The notes beneath the pieces were generated by a model that saw nothing but the letters and a program-made list of their open reading frames with translations, was not told where the DNA came from and did not search any database. A stretch of 40,223 nt of DNA from a virus. Lineage: Duplodnaviria > Heunggongvirae > Uroviricota > Caudoviricetes. Positions 34,981 to 40,223 of this stretch are shown in pieces; the first letter of the stretch is position 1, and each line of letters opens with the position of its first letter. Position numbers and translations under genes: made by a program. The stretch lies in IMG/VR virus record IMGVR_UViG_3300020201_000012, positions 64,001-104,223 of that record; one strand, written 5' to 3'.

Positions 34981-35418
34981 ATGAATAATATTGGCGATAA
35001 ATTTAGATGGGTAGTATATACTAACGAGGGCGGAAGTGTCTCTCAAGTTACAGCTACCGGACAAAAGAACTCTTACGAAGACTTGCCACTTACCGACTTG
35101 AGAACATTCGAGTTATGGGACTGGCAGGCTGACCAAAGAGTTCTTCTTGTTAACTTCAAAAAGGGTGAACGACTGGTTTGGCGTAGACGAAAAGAAATGT
35201 CTGCCGGTAACGACATCACAGAGACCTGCCATATCGTAGGTAAAATAGGTAAAGATGGTCAAAAGGGTATCTTAGGTATCTTTGAATCTGACGGTCATAT
35301 TGAGGCTATTGGCGAATTTTTACCAAACAGTAACTGGTTCTACCCACCTTCAGGCGAAACTGAGAAACAGGCTGTGAGCCCACCCCTTGTATCTAACCCC
35401 CTAACTGAAAGGAGTTAG
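34981..35418 (+). CDS. hypothetical protein
   Basis: GGAG RBS; ORF within the structural cluster. Confidence 0.6.
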   Translation: MNNIGDKFRWVVYTNEGGSVSQVTATGQKNSYEDLPLTDLRTFELWDWQADQRVLLVNFKKGERLVWRRRKEMSAGNDITETCHIVGKIGKDGQKGILGIFESDGHIEAIGEFLPNSNWFYPPSGETEKQAVSPPLVSNPLTERS

Positions 35419-35420
35419 TA

Positions 35421-36404
35421 ATGGCAGATGTAAAAGTAAGTGCTTTACCAGCATATACAGCACCAATTAACACAGACGTAATACCTATTGTTGACGTAAC
35501 AGCAGTAGCTAGTAAGAAGATAGCAATATCCGACCTATTCACGTTGCCCGAAACAGTATCTCCAACCACACCAGCAGCAGCTAAGGTTAAGGTATTCGGG
35601 CGAAGTAAGGGTGGAAGAATGATGATTGCACAGATAGGTCCATCAGGACTTGATACAGCCATGCAACCTTTCTTGGGTAGCAATAAAATGGCGATATGGT
35701 CACACTCAGGTAACTCCACCGCCATCACCGCACCAACACTGTTTCTTCTTAACATGGCTCACGTTGCAGGTAATCAAGAAGGTGCAGCAACGGCTAGAAA
35801 CCTTACCGCAGCAACTAACATACTAAACGGAGTACGAAGGTTTGGGCTTGTTACAAACGCAGCCGCCAACCTAAGCGTAGGAATTAGACAGCTAATTACT
35901 CAGTGGTTTAGGGGTGACGCAACGACTAAGGGTGGATTCTTTATGACAGCTCGTTTCGGTTACAACACAGCCGCTTCTGGTAATCGTGGATTCGTAGGTT
36001 TCTCAAGTGTAACTGCAGCCTACACAATAACTGCCGACCCCTCAGCAACAGGTACAGGCTCGACTGGTATTTGTATTGGCTTTGGCTTTGATGCTGCTGA
36101 TACTAACTGGCAAGTGTTTAGACGAACAGCAACAGGTGACGCAGTAACAAAGACCGACACAGGCATGGCTAAACCAGTTGCAGGTAAGTTCTACGAAGCG
36201 GCAATCTTTTCAGCACCAGAAGCTACATCTGTTTCTCTTACTCTCCAAGACCTAAGCACAGGAGCAATATACAACCTATCTACCTCAACTGCATTACCGC
36301 CACAAAACACTCTAATGTCACAGCGTATCTGGGGCAACACAGGCACAAGCACTACAGTTCTAGGACTAGACACATCACTAATGTATATAGAAACAGACTA
36401 CTAA
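35421..36404 (+). CDS. tail fibre / minor structural protein
   Basis: N-terminal VKVSALPA...DVIPIVD...KKIAISDL motif common in phage fibre proteins; Thr/Ala/Gly-rich beta composition. Confidence 0.6.
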   Translation: MADVKVSALPAYTAPINTDVIPIVDVTAVASKKIAISDLFTLPETVSPTTPAAAKVKVFGRSKGGRMMIAQIGPSGLDTAMQPFLGSNKMAIWSHSGNSTAITAPTLFLLNMAHVAGNQEGAATARNLTAATNILNGVRRFGLVTNAAANLSVGIRQLITQWFRGDATTKGGFFMTARFGYNTAASGNRGFVGFSSVTAAYTITADPSATGTGSTGICIGFGFDAADTNWQVFRRTATGDAVTKTDTGMAKPVAGKFYEAAIFSAPEATSVSLTLQDLSTGAIYNLSTSTALPPQNTLMSQRIWGNTGTSTTVLGLDTSLMYIETDY

Positions 36405-36448
36405 AATGTCTGGTTCTACCGCCAAACTAACTATTGTAGGTTAGTTAT

Positions 36449-39400
36449 ATGGACAGGTATCTATTAGACAATATTGTCGATACTTATTTTTTTGACGGCT
36501 CTGATGCTGCTGCTACTGACCCAAACAGTAACTGGTCTAATGATGCGAATGCCTTTGATGGTAGTATTGCGACTGTATCTACGGGTACTTCAACGGGTTC
36601 TACGGCTATTAGGTTTCTTATGGCGGAGGGTACAAATGCTCCTGCGAGTGGCAGTACGATAACAACCGTTCGGGCACGTATGCACGGAACGGCGGCGGCG
36701 GTTGGGCAAATTGATGCCGCAATATACACCGATACACTAGCAGAATTATTGGGTACAACTACTAAAACTGGTGATAACGGATATGGTTCTTATATAACCC
36801 TTTCTACTCCTACGGGTGGTTGGACTTGGGCTAAACTTCAAGCCTTAGAGGTAAAAATATATACAGTAACTATTGACTTGTCCAGTCCTACGGTAAGTAG
36901 AGTAGAAATAGAAGTAACCTCATCTGACCCCACAGACGGCTATCTTCTTGAAGATGGTACTGGTGTTTATTTAATTGATGTCAACTTACAGGTTGCTCTA
37001 AACACTCCTGCTAATGCAGCCACAAGCGTATCAACCACCCCAACCCTAGAGTTTACTGGTACAGATGCAGAGAGTAATGATATACGGTATAACGTACAGG
37101 TAGATACGGTTAATACTTTTGATGGTGGCAATAGTGTGATAGATAGTTATTCTGAGTCTAACCAAAATACTACTTTTACTTATGGTAATACATCTAGCTC
37201 TGCTTCATTTTTTGGTCAGACATTTACTGGCGACGGAGGTGTGTTAAAAAAGGCTACTTTTTTCATAGGTAAAAGGTCGGGTATTACTGGCAATATCTTT
37301 GCCAAGGTATACGCACATACTGGTACTTTTGGAACATCAGGAGTACCGACTGGAGGTGTTTTAGCAACTTCTGACGCAGTAGATTCAAGTACCCTGACAA
37401 CTAACCTTGCTCTAAAAGATTTTACTTTTAGCGGTGGAAATAAAATTACCTTAACCGCCAGCACTAGATATGTCGTTTTAGTAGACTGTGAAGCAACATC
37501 TTCCGCCACCGCTATAGATGTTGGTGTAGATTCAACAAGCCCAACACACGGAGGCAACTTTGTTGATGACGACCTTAGTACTTGGAACGCGTACTCTGGT
37601 TTTGATATTCCATTTTACATTTATAAAGACTCAGCACTCCTCGACAAAGTCTCTAACATAGACCCAGGTTTCGCCAACACCGTAACCCCTGCTGACACCG
37701 ACCCATTTAACTCAGGTGAAAAAGCAGATTACGATGTACAAGCTGGAGATATACTTACCGCCTCAACCACTTACTACTGGCGAGCAAGAGGACTAGACCC
37801 TACTGGTAGTAATACTTATGGGGCGTGGAGTGCTACTCGAAGCTTTACGACTGCTGCTCCTCTGGTGTCTACCCTAACTGATAACTTTAACGACAATGCT
37901 ATTAATGCGACGCTATGGACTGGTAGTGGTGGTGCTGTTGTCGAAACCAACCAACAACTTGAGATTACGTCAACACTGGCTGCACTTTATCACCAGCTCA
38001 CCAGCAATAGCCGTTATAGTCTTATTGGTTCTAGTATCTATGTTCGAGTTAAAACGGCTGGTAATCAGGCATTAACGTCCCGTCAGACAATCTTGTATAT
38101 GGAAGCTGATGCGAATAACAAAATCTATTTGCAAATAGACAATGACTTAATCGGTGCAAACTTTGTCGTGGCAGGAGTTCCAACATATGCTGTAGCCACT
38201 ACGGCTTATGCAGGTGGTTCAGTATGGCTACAGCTCAGAGAATCAGGTGGTACAACCTACTATGACTACTCAACCAATGGGGTATCGTATACAAACCTAT
38301 ATTCACACGCTAATCCTATAACTTTGACTAGTATGGAAGCTGGCTTACAGGTTGGTAACTGGTCAGTTATGGCATCAACAAGCATGTCTACCTTTGATAA
38401 CTTGAATGTAGAGCTAGTAAAAACCTTAACTCATACTACAGATTCTAACAGACGTCGTGCTACTACTCTTACCCATACAACTAGTTCTAACAGACGACTT
38501 GCAAAGACCAATACCCATACCACCGACTCTAACAGACGTGTTGGGACGGCAGCGTTTACTTTAACTCATACAACTGATGCAAACAGACGAGTAGCAAAAA
38601 CTCTCACCCACACAACTGATACACTAAAAAGAACCGCTACCTTACTAAGCCACACCACCTCATCTAACAGACGTGCAGTTAAAACTCTTAGTCACACAAC
38701 TTCTGCAAATAGAAGAAGAATAAACATACTTACCCACACTACCGACTCTAATAGACGTCTAGTCAATACTCGTACACACACAACAGATGCCCTTAAAAAA
38801 GTATCTGGTAAAACTCTTACTCATACCACTGACTCTAACAGACGATTAGTCAACACTCGTACCCACACTACAGACTCTAATAGAAGATTAGTCAATACTA
38901 GAACCCATACTACAAACTCTAATAGACGGTTAGTCAACACACGTACTCACACTACCGACTCTAACCGACGTTCGTCGAAGGCTCTGACTCATACAGCTGA
39001 CGCGAACAAGCGTACTGTTAATACCCAAACTCACACAACCAGTTCTAATAGAAGGTCGGTTAATACTAGAACCCATACCACCGATGCCCTAAAGCGCAGA
39101 CAACTCACCTTAACCCATACCACAGATGCCAACAGACGGGTTGCAAAAACACTCGCTCACACAACTGACGCCAACCGACGTTCGTCGAATATCTTAACCC
39201 ATACTACTGATGTCAACAGACGTACAGCCAAAATTCTTACCCACACGACCTCTTCTAACAGACGGCTTGTTAGTGCTATAAGTCATACTACCAGTTCGAA
39301 TAAGCGTGTTGCTAACATAACTCGGGCCCACACAACTGATGCACTAAAGCGAGTAGCTGCTACGCTAACCCATACTACTTCAGCTAATAGAAGAGCGATA

Positions 39401-40223
39401 AAGACCTTAACTCATACTACAGACTCACTAAGACGTGCACGTCTAACTCTTACTCACACAACTAGCTCTAACAGAAGACTAGTTAATACTAGAACTCACA
39501 CAACAGACTCTAATAGAAAGCGAGCTGGCTTAACTGTAGGTCACGCAACCGACACGCTTAAACGTGCACGAACAATTGTCACTCATACAACTAATTCGTT
39601 ATTGAGTAGACAGCTAGTTCTTGATCACACAACAGACGTGTCTAAGCGAGTACAGACTGCTAGAACCCACACAACTAATTCTCTGCTTCGTAAGCAGCTT
39701 GTATTAACTCATACTACTGACACTCTTAAGCGAGCAAGAAATGTCGCTTCACACGCTACTGATGCACTAAAACGAAGTACCGCTACGCTCGTTCACACTA
39801 CAAACAGCTTCCTAAGACGAACACTCACGGCATTTCATACGACTAATGCCAACAGAAGAATAGTTGGAAAGACAGTTACTCACACAGCCAGCGCGAACAA
39901 GATGGTCGCAGGTAATGTAGTATCTCATACGACTAGTGCTAATAGAAGGGTAGTTGGAAAAATAACTACCCATACTACTGATTCACTGAAGCGTAGAATT
40001 AGTGTTCTATCTCATACTACCAACGCGCTGTTACGTAAGATATTCACAGTACAACACACTAACGACGCTAACAGGCGTGCATCAAAAACTCTAACCCACA
40101 CTACTGACGCAAACAGAAGAGCGGTCAAAACACTTACTCACACGACTAGTGCTAATAAGCGTGCTGCTGGGAACATTCTTACCCACACTACTAGTGCTAA
40201 CAGAAGACTAGTTAATACTAGAA
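36449..40223 (+). CDS. large fibre-like virion protein (>1258 aa, 3'-partial) with FN3-like and lectin-like domains and a His/Thr/Arg repeat region
   Basis: Hand translation from ATG 36449 shows no stop before the window end; YYWRARG...GAWSATRSFTT (FN3-like); DNFNDN...WLQLRESGGTTYYDYS (ConA/LamG-like). Confidence 0.8.
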   Translation, partial: MDRYLLDNIVDTYFFDGSDAAATDPNSNWSNDANAFDGSIATVSTGTSTGSTAIRFLMAEGTNAPASGSTITTVRARMHGTAAAVGQIDAAIYTDTLAELLGTTTKTGDNGYGSYITLSTPTGGWTWAKLQALEVKIYTVTIDLSSPTVSRVEIEVTSSDPTDGYLLEDGTGVYLIDVNLQVALNTPANAATSVSTTPTLEFTGTDAESNDIRYNVQVDTVNTFDGGNSVIDSYSESNQNTTFTYGNTSSSASFFGQTFTGDGGVLKKATFFIGKRSGITGNIFAKVYAHTGTFGTSGVPTGGVLATSDAVDSSTLTTNLALKDFTFSGGNKITLTASTRYVVLVDCEATSSATAIDVGVDSTSPTHGGNFVDDDLSTWNAYSGFDIPFYIYKDSALLDKVSNIDPGFANTVTPADTDPFNSGEKADYDVQAGDILTASTTYYWRARGLDPTGSNTYGAWSATRSFTTAAPLVSTLTDNFNDNAINATLWTGSGGAVVETNQQLEITSTLAALYHQLTSNSRYSLIGSSIYVRVKTAGNQALTSRQTILYMEADANNKIYLQIDNDLIGANFVVAGVPTYAVATTAYAGGSVWLQLRESGGTTYYDYSTNGVSYTNLYSHANPITLTSMEAGLQVGNWSVMASTSMSTFDNLNVELVKTLTHTTDSNRRRATTLTHTTSSNRRLAKTNTHTTDSNRRVGTAAFTLTHTTDANRRVAKTLTHTTDTLKRTATLLSHTTSSNRRAVKTLSHTTSANRRRINILTHTTDSNRRLVNTRTHTTDALKKVSGKTLTHTTDSNRRLVNTRTHTTDSNRRLVNTRTHTTNSNRRLVNTRTHTTDSNRRSSKALTHTADANKRTVNTQTHTTSSNRRSVNTRTHTTDALKRRQLTLTHTTDANRRVAKTLAHTTDANRRSSNILTHTTDVNRRTAKILTHTTSSNRRLVSAISHTTSSNKRVANITRAHTTDALKRVAATLTHTTSANRRAIKTLTHTTDSLRRARLTLTHTTSSNRRLVNTRTHTTDSNRKRAGLTVGHATDTLKRARTIVTHTTNSLLSRQLVLDHTTDVSKRVQTARTHTTNSLLRKQLVLTHTTDTLKRARNVASHATDALKRSTATLVHTTNSFLRRTLTAFHTTNANRRIVGKTVTHTASANKMVAGNVVSHTTSANRRVVGKITTHTTDSLKRRISVLSHTTNALLRKIFTVQHTNDANRRASKTLTHTTDANRRAVKTLTHTTSANKRAAGNILTHTTSANRRLVNTR
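38417..40223 (+). repeat. 42 tandem ~14-aa coding repeats (consensus T-H-T-T-D/S-S/A-N-R-R-x-x-K/N-T-L/R)
   Basis: Counted by hand translation; continues past the window end. Confidence 0.9.

Noticed and set aside
584-37557. Many antisense or alternate-frame ORFs in the track (e.g. 584-829, 1244-1513, 28918-29226, 36484-36729, 37216-37557)
   Set aside because: Shadows of longer, motif-supported genes on the other strand or frame, with no RBS or recognisable motifs

Overview
This window is part of a tailed dsDNA phage genome (about 35-40% GC, standard code with TGA stops). A CPR/Saccharibacteria-like host is inferred only from leaderless TGnTATAAT-N6-8-ATG promoters. Layout: (1) 219-2365, a Ro60-like TROVE/vWA (DUF2828-type) gene followed by a separately promoted and terminated array of five stem-closed ncRNAs that share a TAG..(A/C)CAGCAA..CTAG frame and carry tRNA-mimic modules, including a circularly permuted tRNA with a GUA anticodon. 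This is the best candidate for an undescribed system. (2) 2392-6598, packaging module: TerS, C5 DNA methylase, TerL and a free-standing, apparently inactive Hint-LAGLIDADG protein. (3) 6573-22329, a minus-strand block of about 45 small accessory genes punctuated by eight copies of a 39-40 bp motif, with a probable -1 frameshift fusing a membrane anchor to a lytic transglycosylase. (4) 21.4-23.9 kb, a divergent control region with a candidate structured ncRNA and an endonuclease VII gene. (5) 23.9-28.2 kb, small plus-strand genes sharing an MTPKPQANKT start module. (6) 28.3-40.2 kb, a portal-MuF fusion, an antisense endonuclease, a ParB-like protein, structural genes and a >1258-aa fibre-like ORF with 42 His/Thr/Arg-rich 14-aa repeats that runs off the window and is missing from the ORF track. 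All calls are by-eye motif recognition; no database searches were run.
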